A stretch of 64,000 nt of DNA from the human T2T-CHM13v2.0 reference genome, Homo sapiens, in the NCBI RefSeq assembly GCF_009914755.1, contig NC_060927.1. One strand, given 5' to 3'. The notes under the pieces were generated by a model. The model saw only the letters and a list, made by a program, of their open reading frames with translations, did no database searches and was not told the origin of the DNA. This document shows positions 28,830 through 44,197 of this stretch, in pieces (position 1 is the first letter of the stretch; each line of letters begins with the position of its first letter). The position numbers and the translations under genes were made by a program.

Positions 28830-29312
28830 ACAGCTCATATACAAAAACAAACAAAAACACAAAAAACTTGAGTTTTTTTTAACATTTGAGAAAAATTTTA
28901 AAACTTTACATTATGTTACCAATAACAAGTTGTGAAACCAAAAAAAACTGTTTAAACTATCAGTAATTAAAAACACAGTTTGATTACCATCCTAGAGGAA
29001 AACTGAATAAACTTCCAATTCACCATGTGTAGAATGATAGCATAAAATTGTCATATGAAGACTAATCAAATAGTATGCAACTAAAAAAAGGTAGAAAAAT
29101 ATTATAAGAGCATATTAGGTAATTAATTATGTTATTTTTCTGGATTTTTTCATGATTGTAGGATTTTTTAGTTTTTTCAAGTTGTAATTTGTTGTGAATT
29201 TATATTCTAAATCACTTTCCTTTCATATCTAATTTTGATTTCCTTTTTCTTAAAAAGTGTTCCCAGAGTTGTAAAAGATTCAAGCCCCACACAACACGTA
29301 GCTCTGCCTATG
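28830..29312. mobile_element. Decayed hAT DNA transposon end (MER113-like)
   Basis: AT-rich, with attgtcatatgaagactaatcaaatagtatgc and terminal ttcaagccccac; from recall only. Confidence 0.4.
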
Positions 29313-29755
29313 CATTGAGGCCTGGCAGCCCTGGACACTTGGATGGAGTGAAGTGGGGCCGGAAGTAGCTTTTCACTATTTTACCTTCCCTGAAGACCCT
29401 GATGCTGGGGCTGAGACCCAAACGAGAAAGCTGGGGTATAACGAATAGGGAAATAACTATCATCTGTTTGAGTTTTTTTCAGTTTGTAGAACTAACTGAA
29501 GTTATTCCTTATTTATCCAAGAGACGGTAAGTTATGTAAATGTTCTATACCAGGACTTAGAGGTGATGAAGAGGATAAGAGGTGAGGGAGAGAGAGTAAT
29601 CGAACCCCAGTGAGTGTAAGTGGCTGAGAAATGCTGGCCTCTGAACCTGAAGCCTTTCCTTGGTGTTGGTGTACTTGGTGGTCACATGGAGGATTTAATG
29701 TCCCTAAGGCAGTTGTCTTCCACGGGAGTGACACCCCTCCTTAAAGGGAGTCTTC

Positions 29756-30574
<819 letters not shown>

Positions 30575-30892
30575 TAAAAAGGAGGCACTGGGTCTGAGAA
30601 CCCTGTCACAGCCCTGAATACATTTCGGATGGAGCCAAGCACTAACTGACAGGATTAAAATCAGAGTGCTTGGCAGCAGGTCTTGCTCCGGTGCTTGACT
30701 TGCAGCTGTCATCCTGCTCCCACCTCACATGGGCCTGACAGATGTGAGGCTGCCAAATCACGTTAGAAACCTCTGCAGATGGACACAGGTTGGTGCCATG
30801 TAAAAAGTCAGAGGGAAAGTTCTGGATTCTGGACTTTTTTTCTTCTAAGTTTTAAAGCCGTAATAATGTTCTAAGAAACCTCAGGTCTGGCT

Positions 30893-31448
30893 TACCGTTG
30901 TTTCAGGTATTCTAAGACACACATCTTTAAAATCTCTGAAATAGGAATGAGTCTTACAATTGATGCCAGGTTTTGTTCTTGACATAGTTGATATTTGCTG
31001 CATACGGCTTTAAAAGTTTTAGAAGGAATGTCAGCAGCTTGGGAAGAAATCCAAGAGACGAATGTGGGGAACTCTTAAGAAACGTTGCAAATCATGGCTC
31101 TTAATGGCACAGAGGATGATGTTTTATAGAAAGATACGGACATCTATGATCCCAATTTGAAGTGGTTCAAAGAGAAGGATGCTGTGTAGAAGTTTTAGAG
31201 ATATCTAAATCATTTTATTTTGCTTATATTTCCTTTCTGTGTATGTACAAAAGTGATCTATAATAAAGGCTCATGTCTAAATTACTCTGAAAGATCTTTC
31301 TTAATGTGCAGAAAATTTTAAAAATACCTTTTAATAGGCAAGAAAACATCATGTTATGGCTCCATGGCAGTATTTTTCTTTCTTAATGGTACCTAAAATA
31401 TTAATGCACGTTGCAATCAATGATGTCTCAGAGTGGGTGAAACACAGG
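30893..31448. mobile_element. TcMar/pogo-like DNA transposon remnant (Kanga/MER104-like)
   Basis: attctaagacacacat...aatctctgaaataggaatgagtcttacaattgatg terminus; internal cttaatggcacagaggatgat resembles a transposase LDGTEDD motif. Confidence 0.55.
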
Positions 31449-32924
31449 AGATGAGCCTCATTTTCACCTCGGAGGCAGGTGAAGTCTTAAGTGACTTCTA
31501 AGAAAGAGCCCATGGAATGCAGTGATGTCTGAGAGGTGAGAAGTCAGAAATGTCAATGATGTGTAGGCCCATCCCCTATCTGAGAATCCAACACTTTCTA
31601 CCTAAAGATCTGCCTCAAATATTGGCTTTAATACCTCATTTCCCAAACTCAGATCTGTGGTCTGCCACGGTACTTCCAATTTTTAGGACAAAGAAGCTGA
31701 ATGTTTGAAACTGGACACATGGTCTCCATAGGTATCAGGCATCTTGCTCTCAGACACTACTGAGAAAATGTCAATCCTCTTTTTAGTAACATTAATCACA
31801 TTAAGTGCAACTCACATGCTGTTCATTCCTGGAATGTCCCACTTGTCAAGAGCCCATGTAATGTCTGACTTGTCCTTCAAAACTCATAATCCCTTTAGGG
31901 CAGCTTTCGCCCCCTCTCTTCTGGGCTACCGTGGCAACCAGAGTATGACTCTACAATAGTACATATGTCATTGCCCAGGATTCTGTGTTTAAATTGCTTT
32001 TGGCCCTACTAGAACACGACTTTATTTCCCCAGCATATGGTATGTTTCTTATGAAGTAAACTCAATAAGCACTCAGTAAAATGCTTATTGAACACATGCT
32101 TCATGAGAAGTCTTGGCTCTTATGGAAGCTAAAGAAGCCTCCACATAGAAGTTCATTTTAAATATTAATTTATATTAACTTTTGTCAAAGAGTTTTCTCA
32201 CACTGTGGCAAACAGCACTGGACTAAGATTCAAGTCTCTTTTACAAGGTCCTATGACCTTGGGCAACTTCCCTAACCTTACTGGTTCTTGGTCTCCCTGT
32301 CTTCTGTGAACCTCTCAAGGGTATCCTGTATTTCCCATTATTTAGCACAGTGCCTGACACACAGAATGTGCTCAGTAAATATTTATTTTAACAATGTAAT
32401 CTGTAAAACAAATGAAGGGATTGGACAAATCTCAAAGGGCACTCTTTGGTTTCCTCATAATGCAGATAAACACTTCTCACCTCATCCAATCAAAACACTT
32501 AATAATTCTTAATTCATAGGACATAGTTTAACAAAGTAAACTTGTAAAGCTGCTTGGAGGTATCTCAGCAACTTATTACCATCCTAGCAACTTACTACCA
32601 TTACATTCAAATGATGGGTACAGAACAGATAAATTTACCTAAGGTACATGTTGAAGTTTGGAACTTAATTCTTATCGATTACCACGTAATAAGGTTTTAT
32701 TGGTTCCTAGAGACACTCCTCAGACCCTCTCCCACCTATTGGCTGATACCTGAAATTTTATCATTCATCTTCTTAGTGTGAAGGTCTATCTTTAAAAAAA
32801 CTGTAGAATATTCATATTTTTTTCAATAGTGCTCAATACTAGAATAAATATCTTTATGTATTAGCTACATGGAGCTTTTAAAGATAACACTGGTGAGTTG
32901 AGAATATTGTTCCTGTTTCATGCT

Positions 32925-33035
32925 ATCATATATATATATCATATATATAGTAGTATATATATCTCTATCTATATGAATGTATATCTGTGTGTGTGTATAT
33001 ATATATAAATATATATATACATATATATATTTATA

Positions 33036-33125
<90 letters not shown>
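32925..33125. repeat. Compound (TA)n/(GA)n microsatellite occupying the Alu tail
   Basis: Seen directly. Confidence 0.97.
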
Positions 33126-33130
<5 letters not shown>

Positions 33131-33264
33131 GTCTCACTCTGTCACCCAGGCTGGAGTGCAGTGGTGCGATCACAGCTGACTGCAGCCTTGACCTCCCTGG
33201 GTTCAGGTGACCCTTCCACCTCAGCCCCCACAAATAGCTACAGGTGTGTGCCACCACACCTGGC

Positions 33265-33325
<61 letters not shown>

Positions 33326-33333
33326 GTATATAC

Positions 33334-33365
<32 letters not shown>

Positions 33366-33404
33366 GTATATACATATATATATATATATACATATATATA
33401 TATG

Positions 33405-33446
<42 letters not shown>

Positions 33447-33572
33447 TTTTTTGGTAGAGACAGGGTTTTGCCACGTTGCCCAGGCTGGTCTTGAATTCCT
33501 GGGCTCAAGTCATTCACCTGCCTCAGCCTCCCAAAGTGTTTAGATTACAGGCATGAGCCACCACACTTGGCC
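33126..33572 (-). mobile_element. AluJ-like with (TA)n expansion in the middle linker (33270-33445)
   Basis: agggtctcactctgtcacccagg...cctgggctcaagt J-type features. Confidence 0.9.
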
Positions 33573-33929
33573 CATTATAACATTTTAAGGGAATTAAATT
33601 AGTAAATCGTCACTGCAGATCTGCTAGTATGACAGCTGGTGGCAATTTGTCATATGTTTGTTGTAGTGGGCAGGTTAAGCCTGCAAGTTCATATGTTATA
33701 GCCAATGGTATAACAAAAGTCTTTGCTAAAAATCTTAGGCAAGCCACATTTCCCTTGGAGCTCTGTATTGGATGTCAAGGTATTAAGTTAGTATCGGGGA
33801 AAAACCACAAAGTTTCAAGGATAAAAAATGGAGCGACAGAGGCATTACTAAAATGGAAACAAAATTATGTTCAGAAGGAGGCATGGGGCACCCTGGATTT
33901 TATTAAATAACAATTAATTGACATTCCAT

Positions 33930-34346
33930 TAATTAACAATTACCACAATCATGCTCTATAACAACACACAATGTCAGCAGTGAGCAACATAATCATCTAT
34001 TTAGCTTGTGTGTCTGCAGCCCTCCAGCTGGCCTGGAGTTAGCTATTCTGGGTTGGGCTTGGCTGGGACTGATTCTGCTGCATGTGTTTCTCATCCTTCT
34101 CCTGGGACCAGTGGGCTAGATCAAGATGTTCATCTCTTGGTTACAGCAGTGAAGCAAGGAACAATTACACAAGTGCTTTTCCAGCCATTAGTGATACCAC
34201 ACCCACTAACATTCCATTGGTGAAAGCAAGTCACATGGCTGAACCCAAAGTTAAGAGGCAGGGAAATATATTCTGCCTTTTGGTAAGAGGAACTTCAAAG
34301 TCAAATGCTAACAGGTGGGAATAGATACAAGGAGAGGTGGAGAATT
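33930..34346. mobile_element. Old MLT1 (J-like) LTR
   Basis: taacattccattggtgaaagcaagtcacatggctgaacccaaag MaLR motif. Confidence 0.6.
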
Positions 34347-34353
34347 AAAACTA

Positions 34354-34663
<310 letters not shown>

Positions 34664-36724
34664 AAAACTATTCATGCAATTTATCCCATATACTAAGATG
34701 TAAGTTATTTACAGCAGGTGTTATTTCCAGTAAACCAAGCCCATTGGAAGAATGGTGGATTTTTCAGGTATCATTAAATTTGGCTGAAAACCTCCCAGCT
34801 CTGCCTGTGATCTGCAATCTTGTCATTCCCAATTAGAACATTCTGGGCTGTGAAAAAACAGAATATTAAAAACTAGTAGAACTACCCAATTGTTTCCTGT
34901 CTTTTTGTTTTTAATTGAGATGTGGGCACCTGGGTGGTTTTGACCGAATTTCTTACTAGAAGAGGAAAACCTACTTCATAGCTTTATGTCAGGAACATGT
35001 ATTAATAAATGCTGCTTGCCAATTATGGAAGACCAAACAAAATGGACAGGAAGAAAAGGGTGGGTAAGTTCACTAATAAACTTCATTCCGAACTTCCTTA
35101 AGCAAACCCATCTTCCCTTTCTTGTTGACAAAGCAAGCTAGAAAACTGACCTTTTGAAGTTAACCCTGTAGAAGTATGGGCACTCACCCTTAATTTCTAC
35201 TGACCTATTCATTGGCTAATGGATATTAAGGTGTTTTGCCTGTCTGGTTGCCTCATTGATGTTGGACCTGTCAGGTGGGTGCCAGATCTAATTCTGATTC
35301 TGCATGACTTTCTGAGCAGTAACTGCTTAATTACTACTCATGGAGGCAGCCATAATGACTGGAACTCTATAGCTCAAATTCAGTGCTCACATACAAACAA
35401 AGTGCAAATTCAGGACTCAAACTCCACTTCCGATGTGAATAAAAATCATTTTGCTTAAGTAAGCCTATCTCCCTTTATTATACGTGCCAATACAGGGAGT
35501 TGTGTGCTGAGCCCCCTGTCATGGAATGTAGGAAGTCAAATATAGTTTTGGAAATGCAAATACATTTTTATTTGCTGATGGACATGTATTATTTATGAAG
35601 TCATTGGTTGTAAGTAATAGAAAATCCAATTTAAACCTTTTTGGTTCGTATACTGGAAAATCTCAGGGTATATGAGTTTCAGGGGAATTTGATCCAGGGG
35701 CTTGATAATTCAGTTTTTCTGTCTCACTAGACTCTAATATGTATAGTGAAGGCTCCATCTCAAGGCTGGTTCCCCTTATTTGAATCTAAGAGACAGTCCT
35801 TACGTTTGCAATGATTGGTCCACCCTGAACCAATCCCTGTGGTCAGAGGAAGGGATTGAGCTGATTGACTGAGACCTGGGCGACCTAAAGCCGTCACTGT
35901 GTCAAGAGGGATAGGATCAAATTTCATGGCTACCATTCAATGAGGAGAGGAAGAGAACCACAATAAGGGTGTCATGGAAGGCAGAACTCTGTCTCCAAAT
36001 TAAGTATACGATTATTTTTGTCAATTGAAGTATAAAAGGTTCACAAATGACACTTGTATTTTCTGCCTGATTTCAAACAATTCCCTGGAATTGAAGGATT
36101 TATATGAAATTGTTGGTTCTTCTTGACAGCCTACCCACTTCCACCCCATATTTAATAAGAGACCAAAGTCAGAAATGGATTGTGCAGCTTATATACTGTG
36201 GTAACTAAAAACATATCCAATCTGTGTCCATAGCTTGTGTTGTTTAGAATACTTGGGCAGAGATAAAAGGGTCAAATGGCCTCTCATCTATCTGGCATAA
36301 CTGTTCTACTTTAAGTCAAAGCTGAATATTTAAACCTCAGCAGCCATATCTCAAATGGTCAATTTAAGAAAAAACTTCAATTTCAAATTAACTTGTTCTT
36401 CAAAGGGTGTTTGATAACATTTATTTGCTTAAGCAACTAAAAACTTAGTCATATGGTTAGGACTCAAAGTAATGGGCTGGTGCAGCCGCGTAAGTTTATA
36501 AGCTCCACTTGTTCACATGTTTTTTGCATTAATTTGTGTCATCCTTAAAGCCAATATATTATCAAGCCTTTTACAACTGACGAAGTAGCATACTTCTTCC
36601 TCTTGGGGATATGAAAGCATGTTATAAACACTATTACCCTAGAATCCCTTGAGATTGTGCGTGTGTGTGCATGTGTGTGTGTGTATGCATATGTATGTAC
36701 CATATGTGCCTCCTTATGAACAGA

Positions 36725-36950
36725 TAATTGAGTGTCTACTATGTACAAGATATGTCATGCAAATCACCTTATTTAATTTGCAGAATCACCATATTTAATA
36801 TAAGTCCCATTGTACAGATGATAAAACTGAGTCTTGGAGAGGCTAAATGATTTTTCCAGTAGTCACAGAGCTACTAAGTAGCAAAGCCTGAGTTGAACTC
36901 AAATCTGCCTGTGGTCACAGCTCATGATCTGATTCGCCAAATTTCACTGC
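36725..36950 (-). mobile_element. MIR
   Basis: cccattgtacagatgataaaactgag...gaggctaaatga...gtcacagagctactaagt. Confidence 0.65.
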
Positions 36951-37469
36951 CTCATTCCCTCTCTAGGACTTGAATTAAGTCACATTTCTCATTTTGCTTT
37001 TTAGGTTTGCCTCCTTCCCTGACCACCTCTCCTCTGCTGAATTCCATAGTCACTGACTCACTAAATATTGATTGAGTACCTCTTATATGCCAGATGCTGT
37101 TTTAGGTCTGGCTAGAGATGCAGCAATGAACAAACTAGACAAAAATCCCTACCCTCATGGAGCTTACAATTTGGAATTGGAATGGTTCAGTCAACTGTGC
37201 CTTGATCTCCCAGATTTCCATCCTAAATACCTTTTTCTTCTGATCATTCAATAAACTCAAGGCCTCTCCCCAAAATGTTGTCTGAAATATAACTCCATAT
37301 GTCAAATTCCTAAGGATGGTGGCAATTTTCCTTTCTTCTTCTGATCGCAGACACTCTTTGCTGCCCCATTGCTTCAGCTTCAGAGAAGGTGGCCAATCTC
37401 TGCATTGACTGCTTGCCCAGTGACACCTGGATATATGGGCATTAAGGCATCCAGTGGGTCAAGAGATGG

Positions 37470-37880
37470 TAGTCGCAGGTCCAGTTTCCAGGAGAGCAGC
37501 TTCTGAGCCTGAGATGTGCAGGCAAGGAGTTTGTTGATAAGTGCTCTCAGGCACATACTGGGCAGAGAGAAATGCTGAACTGCTATGCACCCACCACAGA
37601 GGTCAATTCTACAGGGAGGCCTGGGGCTAGAATGGCCTTCAGAGATGTGCCCAACTGGTGTGAGAGGTTGATGCCTCTGTACTCCCACTTCAATCAGCTG
37701 TTAGATGTAGGCCGCCCTGGGAAGAGAGTGACTTTGGGGGAGGCAGCTCTCTCTAGCCATGGCAAATTCCCAGATAGGGTCTCACCTGAGTGTTGGACTT
37801 CAACACACCTAGAAGCTGGAGGAATGAATGCTTCGGTCCTAGAGTGGAGGTTCCAGGAAACACACCACAGTCTCCACTGC
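37470..37880. mobile_element. ERVL-type LTR (LTR16-like)
   Basis: ctgggcagagagaaatgctgaactgctatgca...ggctagaatggccttcagagatgtgccc; from recall. Confidence 0.5.
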
Positions 37881-38239
37881 AAAGGGCTTCTTCACGTGTA
37901 AGCAGAGAGTGGCATCTCCTCCCTACCTTCCCTAGCTAGAACCTTCTTATGGGCTCCGCAGCTCTAGATATTACTTCAGCAAGGTTTTGAAGAAAATCAG
38001 AAATCCCAAAAACATGAAACACAAACTTCAGTACCCTTAGACTCACCAACACTACAGGAAAATTGGACAGAAAGCCTGTAAGGCTAAGCTGTAAGTTTGA
38101 GCTACCATTGATCAAATCTGCTACTTACCTATAACTGGCTTTTCCATTTTGGTAACACCAGAAACATTTATTTGACTGGATTTTGTTATTATTTAGTTCT
38201 TTTTGCTCTTAAGCACTATGATATTGTTTTGTTTAGTTA

Positions 38240-38450
38240 TAATTAACACTTATTGGGCCAAACTAGGCATTGAACCTAAAGTTACACAGATTATCTCATT
38301 TTATCCTCATAATAATCCAATGAAATAGGTATCACTATTATCTCCACTTAACAGATGAGGATATTGTGAGGCACAGTGAGGTTAGGGAGCTTCCACAAGG
38401 TCACATTACTAAGTGACAGAGCTGATATGAGAACCCAAGTCTACCTGACA
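38240..38450 (-). mobile_element. MIR
   Basis: attatctcattttatcctcat...aacagatgagg...gaggcacagtgaggttagg...aaggtcaca. Confidence 0.65.
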
Positions 38451-38741
38451 TTGCTTGAGCTCTTACCCCTGTACTTCCCTGCTTCTCTCCCTTTCACAGG
38501 GTTGTCCTCGGTTTCCTTTAAATTTGGTATTAAGACTTACTCTCGGATCCTCCATGTTCCACTGACTTATTGATTGAATCATTAAAGAAATATACCATAT
38601 TCTAGATAGTATCCAAGGCACTGGAGCTGCGATACACAAGACAGGGACATTTATTGCTCTCAAACATTCTCACAGGATGGTGTGAGGCATCAGAGAAGTA
38701 AACAGGCACTCACAAGACAGAGGGATACATGATAAGCTATG

Positions 38742-39163
38742 TGTCTTAATCCATTTTTGTTGCTATAAAGGAATACTTGAGGCTGGGTAACTTATAAAGA
38801 AAAGAGGTTTATTTGACTCACAGTTCTACAGGCTGTACAAGAAGCATGGTGCCAGCATCTGCTGTGGGCAGAAGCCTCAGGCTGCTTCCACTCATGGCAG
38901 AAGGCAAAGAGGAGACAGTGTGTCACATTGTGAGAGAGGGAGCGACAGAGAGGGGAGGGAGGTGCTAGGCTCTTTTCAACAATGAGTTCTGACTGGAACA
39001 AAGAATAAGGACTCACTCCCAGTGAGGATGGCATCAGACAGCCATTCATAAGGGGTCCATCCCCATGACCCAAACACCTCCCACCAGGCTCCACCTCCAA
39101 CACTGGGAATCAAATTTCAACATGAGACTTGTGGGGTCAAATAAACTACACCCACGTTGTAGC
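38742..39163. mobile_element. MST (MSTB-like) MaLR solo LTR
   Basis: ttgctataaaggaatacttgaggctgggtaacttataaagaaaagaggtttatttgactcacagttct...aaatttcaacatgaga. Confidence 0.85.
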
Positions 39164-42100
39164 AATATGGGAAGCCCAGAGTACTGTAGGTGCGCATAGG
39201 AGGGATTCCACTCAGTCATGGGGGTGGGAGAGATGGTCAGTGAGAGCTTCATGAAAAGGATATCTAAGCAGAATCCTAAAGCAATTATCCAGGTAAATGT
39301 GTATATGTATGTGTAGGGGTGGAATATGGGAAAAATGCTAACAAGCAACAGAATGCAAATGCTTGGAGGCAGACCCAAGAATCGAAAGAAATTGAGATGT
39401 CTGGGTCTCCTATTTGAGAGTTTGGGTATGGAAAGGATGTATTGAGTAGGGACCAGATCATGCAAGCTTTCCAAGCCACATTCTAAAGACTGAATTTTAT
39501 CCTAAGATAATTGGGAAACCATTGAAGAGTGTTAAATAGGGTGATATTGTTAGATTTGCATTTTATTTTGTGAGTAAGTGGTTAGTTTTCTTTTTAACAG
39601 CTTCATTGTGGTATACTTTGCATAAAATAAACTGCACATATTTAAAGTGTACAATTTGATAAATGTTCACATATGTATATACCTCTGAAACATTCTTTTC
39701 CTGCTTCAGATTGCTAATACATTCTCACTTTAAGTTATATTTGTTGTTTATTTAAGCTCTTGCTCTATAAGTTCCAGTCAACGTTTGTTGTCTTTAGGAG
39801 ACAGTTATATTACCCTGGGAAATCATGTTTCTGTTTTAATCTACCCTGCCTGGTAATGTGTTTTAAGCAGGAGCTGAATCCCTCCATGTGAGTTTAAGAA
39901 CAGAGAAGGAATAAACCCCAGAGCTGGATGCTCCAGATACCACAGAATTCGATAGGCTACTATTTTTGGTACCACTCTGCCGGGCAACTCCTGTGGGCAA
40001 TAGTCACCTAGATTAAAATCTGCCATCCCAGGGAGTTTGATGTGGAAGAGGTGGATGAGTGGATGTTAAATATCAGCTGGCCAGTCCTGTTTTCATCAAC
40101 CCTCATCCCAACAGGGTTTTTGCAGTACATTTATGCACCCTGACAACACTAGCAGCCTGCGTTGATGCTGCCAGTTTCAATTGCAAAGGGACCAGCAAGG
40201 ATTCATTTAAAGCCAGGCAGTGAAGAGGAAAAGGCAGAACCCAAAGGCTTTCCTCCACTATCCCCTCTGCCTGCTGCACATGCCCAGCTGTCTGCCCCAG
40301 CCTGCCACCGCTCATTCCTCACACTCCTACGCTAGACAGCCTTCTGTCTCTCCAGGGCATTCTCACCCTTTTGGGTGTCACTGATAATTTCCTCAGAGCT
40401 TTGATTGCATCTGCTTCTGGAGCTATCTGCAGTAAATTTAGGGGAAGGGAACCAGCAGCCCATTCTCGTATACCACCTTAACAGAAAGAGGAAGAGGCCT
40501 GAACATGTTCCTTATAGACACAATGCACCTCTGAGTCTACTTCCCCCATAAGAGTGGTAGGGAAGGCCGCCCACGGAGGCCTAGTCAAGAACCAGCACTT
40601 CTTACAGGAGAAGAAAAGATATTAAATGCTAGCCTTCCATTTTCCTCTCAAAGTAAACCTAAGTTAAATCTTTAAGGTAATGACTCAGAAACTCTGAAAA
40701 GCGTTTAATAATAGCTCTTGATGATTCATATGAATATTTTACTCTAAAGATGCTTATCTTGGAGGAATGTTGGTGTGAAACTTTCAATCCTAGGAAGTAT
40801 GAGTACTTATTGTTTTGTGAAGTGATTATGATAATAGTAATTAATAACTGTGTTTCTCTATGCACTGCCAAAGAATTGGGCATTGCAAAAACACTCTAGA
40901 ATAAAGTGATAAATAGATGGAGTAGCTAAAGACATTAATTAAGCTGCTTAAAATAAAGTACTGTTTCGTTCCTTTTTAACCCCAGTGTCTACAAACTTTA
41001 CAAAAGAATCATTGAACTAATTGCTTGGGTAAATCCCAAGATTATAATTTGCAGAATTCTATTATTAGATAAAAATAAAACTCCAAGATTCTAAAATGCA
41101 TTTGATATCAATGCTTAAGTTTGAGGCCAAACCTCTTCTAAATGATAGAGGGTTCTTCACCTGGCAATCTCGGCCTGGCCTGCTGCCAAGTGGCTGTGTG
41201 ACCTAGGCCAAGTCACTTATCTCTCTGGGCCTCAGCTTCCTCATCCATTTCAGTTCACTGAAACAGACCTCTGGGCTAGTCCGCCATTCTCTTCACTGTC
41301 ATGAAACCTATCCTTTCTGATATATTGCATGCTTTAGCAGACCCATCCCTGGAAAACTGTATGTAAAGACTGCTTTGGTATATCAAACTTAATTTTTCCC
41401 ATGGGCTTAGGCCAGAGTTTTCTGAGGAGTGCCTCACACACTGGTGAACCACGAAAGTGACAGATGGCAGCATCATTGGTGCCCTCAGTTTTCAGGGTGG
41501 TTAGGCTGGAGTCCCCAGGACAACTCAGGATCTGAAGTAACCTCAGATACAAATACAATTTTTATGAGTGCTTGGATGTGAACATTTTTGGAAAGCCCTG
41601 TCTTCAGTTTATGAAGTAAGAGAAACACCCCCCACAGGAAGAGAAATTAAGAAGTCACAGAATGATACTTAAGATTTCAGCAAAACTTAAACAAACATGT
41701 GCAAACAAGCAGTACATTTAAATAAAAACTTTCAGATGAAATAGGGATAATCCTAAATATATGCTATAGTAATTCAGAAGAAAAGCCTATAAGAACCCTA
41801 GTAACTTTCATGGCAGATGTGGGAGAACTAGACAGGAGTTTTTCCCACTTATCTCTGAGTATGGCTGACATGAAAAAAGCTATCATGTTCCAAAAAACTT
41901 TTATAGAAACAAAGTCTACCTTTTTTTGTCCCTTTTATCACCTCATGGCACCTCTTTCTCTCCCTTTTAAAAATAGTCTGGTCCATTTCAGAGCACACAA
42001 GATGACTGGCTTTGGGTCTGGAGAGAGAAGGTCTTCTCTCAAATCCAATAACCAACAGTATAATACTGACAAGTTACTTTAAAGGAAGAAATAAAAATTC

Positions 42101-42864
42101 CTATAAAAATGTTTACCTTGTCCATTTCTAAATACAAATTTTGGGGTGACTTAAGATAAAAATAATAATTTTTTCAGCGTAATTATGGGATCTTCTTTTT
42201 CTTTGTTTCAAGTCATGCCAACCACAGAGATGATCTGAGAATGTGACATTTCACAGCATCAACATCCAGAGAGTTCATCTGATTCAACACTTTGATTTCA
42301 GATACAAAAACAAGGTTTCAGAGAGCTAGTTACCCCTAAAATGTATTTAATGAGTCCAGAATCCAGGTCTACTTAAAAATTTTACATTAGTTTCCCTTTC
42401 TCCCCAGCCTTTCCCTAGTTTAAATGGCATTTATTGTATATTTTAAAAATCTTTTGTTTTTGGCTGCCCAGCACATGAAGTTCATTTTTATTTGCAGGGA
42501 GCTCCCAACTTTTGGTCACCTTCCCAACAGAAGCTGAAAGTGTTAGAAGAGGGCTTGCTTACCTAGACTCCCTTGCAGCTAGGGCACAGACATGTGATCT
42601 ATGCTCTGCCAATCTGATGCACCAGCAAAGACTTTTACTCTGGAATAGAAGGGAAGCAATTACTCTCAGACAACATTAGCACAGCGGCTTCCTCACCAGA
42701 ACCAGTAATGAGATATCATTTGGGATCTGCCCTTTGGCCTTGAACTTGATCCTCCAGACACATCAACATTTTTGTGAGTCACAAGTATCTATTCAGTAAA
42801 TTCTTTAGCCAGAATCTTCTATTCCTTGCAACTAAGACCCTTGACAAGTACAACCAATAATATT

Positions 42865-43130
42865 TCTATTTGTAAATCTTATCAAACACTTGCCATGTGC
42901 TAGGTATTGTTCTAAGCACTTACAAGTATACATTCATTTAATCCTCATGATAACTCCATGACATAGGTATCATGATTATGTCCGTTTTACTGGTGAGAAA
43001 ACTGAGGCACAGTGAGGGAAATAATTTCAGATTAAGAAATGTTCTCAAAATTTTAAGCAATGACGAAGGAGGTCTAGGATTTGAACCAGGCTGTTTGGAT
43101 CTAACTCTGAGCTCTTAATCACTACACATA
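42865..43130 (-). mobile_element. MIR
   Basis: atgtgctaggtattgttctaagcac...cattcatttaatcctca...gagaaaactgaggcacag. Confidence 0.7.
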
Positions 43131-43264
43131 CTACTTCTCCCTAATTTTTTCTGATTACATAATTAGTAACTATAGAAATATTTAAACACTATAGAAGAGT
43201 AGAAGGAAGAAAATACAAATAAACCACACTCTATTGCTTATAGAAAACTATTGTCTACAATAGT

Positions 43265-43425
43265 TAAACTATTTAAGTTTAGCCAGTACAGTACAATTTA
43301 CTTTCTTGGTCACACTAACCATATTCCAAGTGCTCAGCAGCTCAGGAGGCTCACGGCTACTGTTTTGGACAGTGCAGATGTAGCACATTTCTGTCATCTT
43401 AGAAAGTGTTAGTGGATGATGCTGG
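43265..43425. mobile_element. MER3-like hAT MITE
   Basis: caagtgctcagcagc...ggctactgttttggacagtgcagatgtagcacatttctgtcatc. Confidence 0.6.
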
Positions 43426-44197
43426 AGAGCCTGCTGGCATTCTCTCTTCATAGCCCTCTGTGGCTATGTACAGACACACACATAATTTTACATAAATGGT
43501 AAAAAGCTGTAGATAAAAGAAAATAAAGAAGAGCCCCACAATTAAAAACAGCTTTTAAAATATTTTTTCTCTTCCTTTGGCCTTTCCCCCTCTTCTCTCT
43601 AATAAACCAAGAGTGCATGACCCCTTCGATTCATAAAAGTTTTTCTCTAGGCTCTTACAACCATACAAAGTCACATATTCACATGCATAAGGCCTTGTTG
43701 TTGTTGATAAACACTTTTAGCCCACCTTCTTTTTTCACTTAATAAAACATTATGAAAATCATTCTAAGTTGGTCGGTACAAATCTAATTATCAGTGGCTG
43801 TGTGGAATTCCACGGTTCAGACATATGACAATATTTCCAATCTTCCCTTATTGATGTGCTTCTTTTCATTTTTTCTATCACAAGCAATGCCCAATAAACA
43901 TTACTGGCCATAGATCCTTATAAACTAAAACTTCTATTTCTACAGGATTGATTCCCAGGAGTAGGATTGTTGGATTAAAAGGAATGCTTACATTTAATTT
44001 TAATAGCTATTGCCAAATTCTATCGAAGGGCTAGAATGATCTCCATGTCCTCCAGCAATGCATGAGTCTACTGTAATCTGCCCTCTCTTTTCCTCTTCTG
44101 TCTCCCCCTACTCCAGACACCCCCATCCTGGCCAGCACTGCATGCTATCACATCTTTTAATGACTCTCAGAATTATTAATGAATGTAACATCTGTGA

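Noticed and set aside
32865-33517. Ile/Tyr- and Arg/Glu-repeat ORFs
   Set aside because: Translations of (TA)n/(GA)n microsatellites and Alu sequence.
34700-44190. Hidden protein-coding exons in the distal region
   Set aside because: Only short ORFs without recognisable domains among MIR/LTR/L2 repeats; non-coding exons cannot be excluded from sequence alone.
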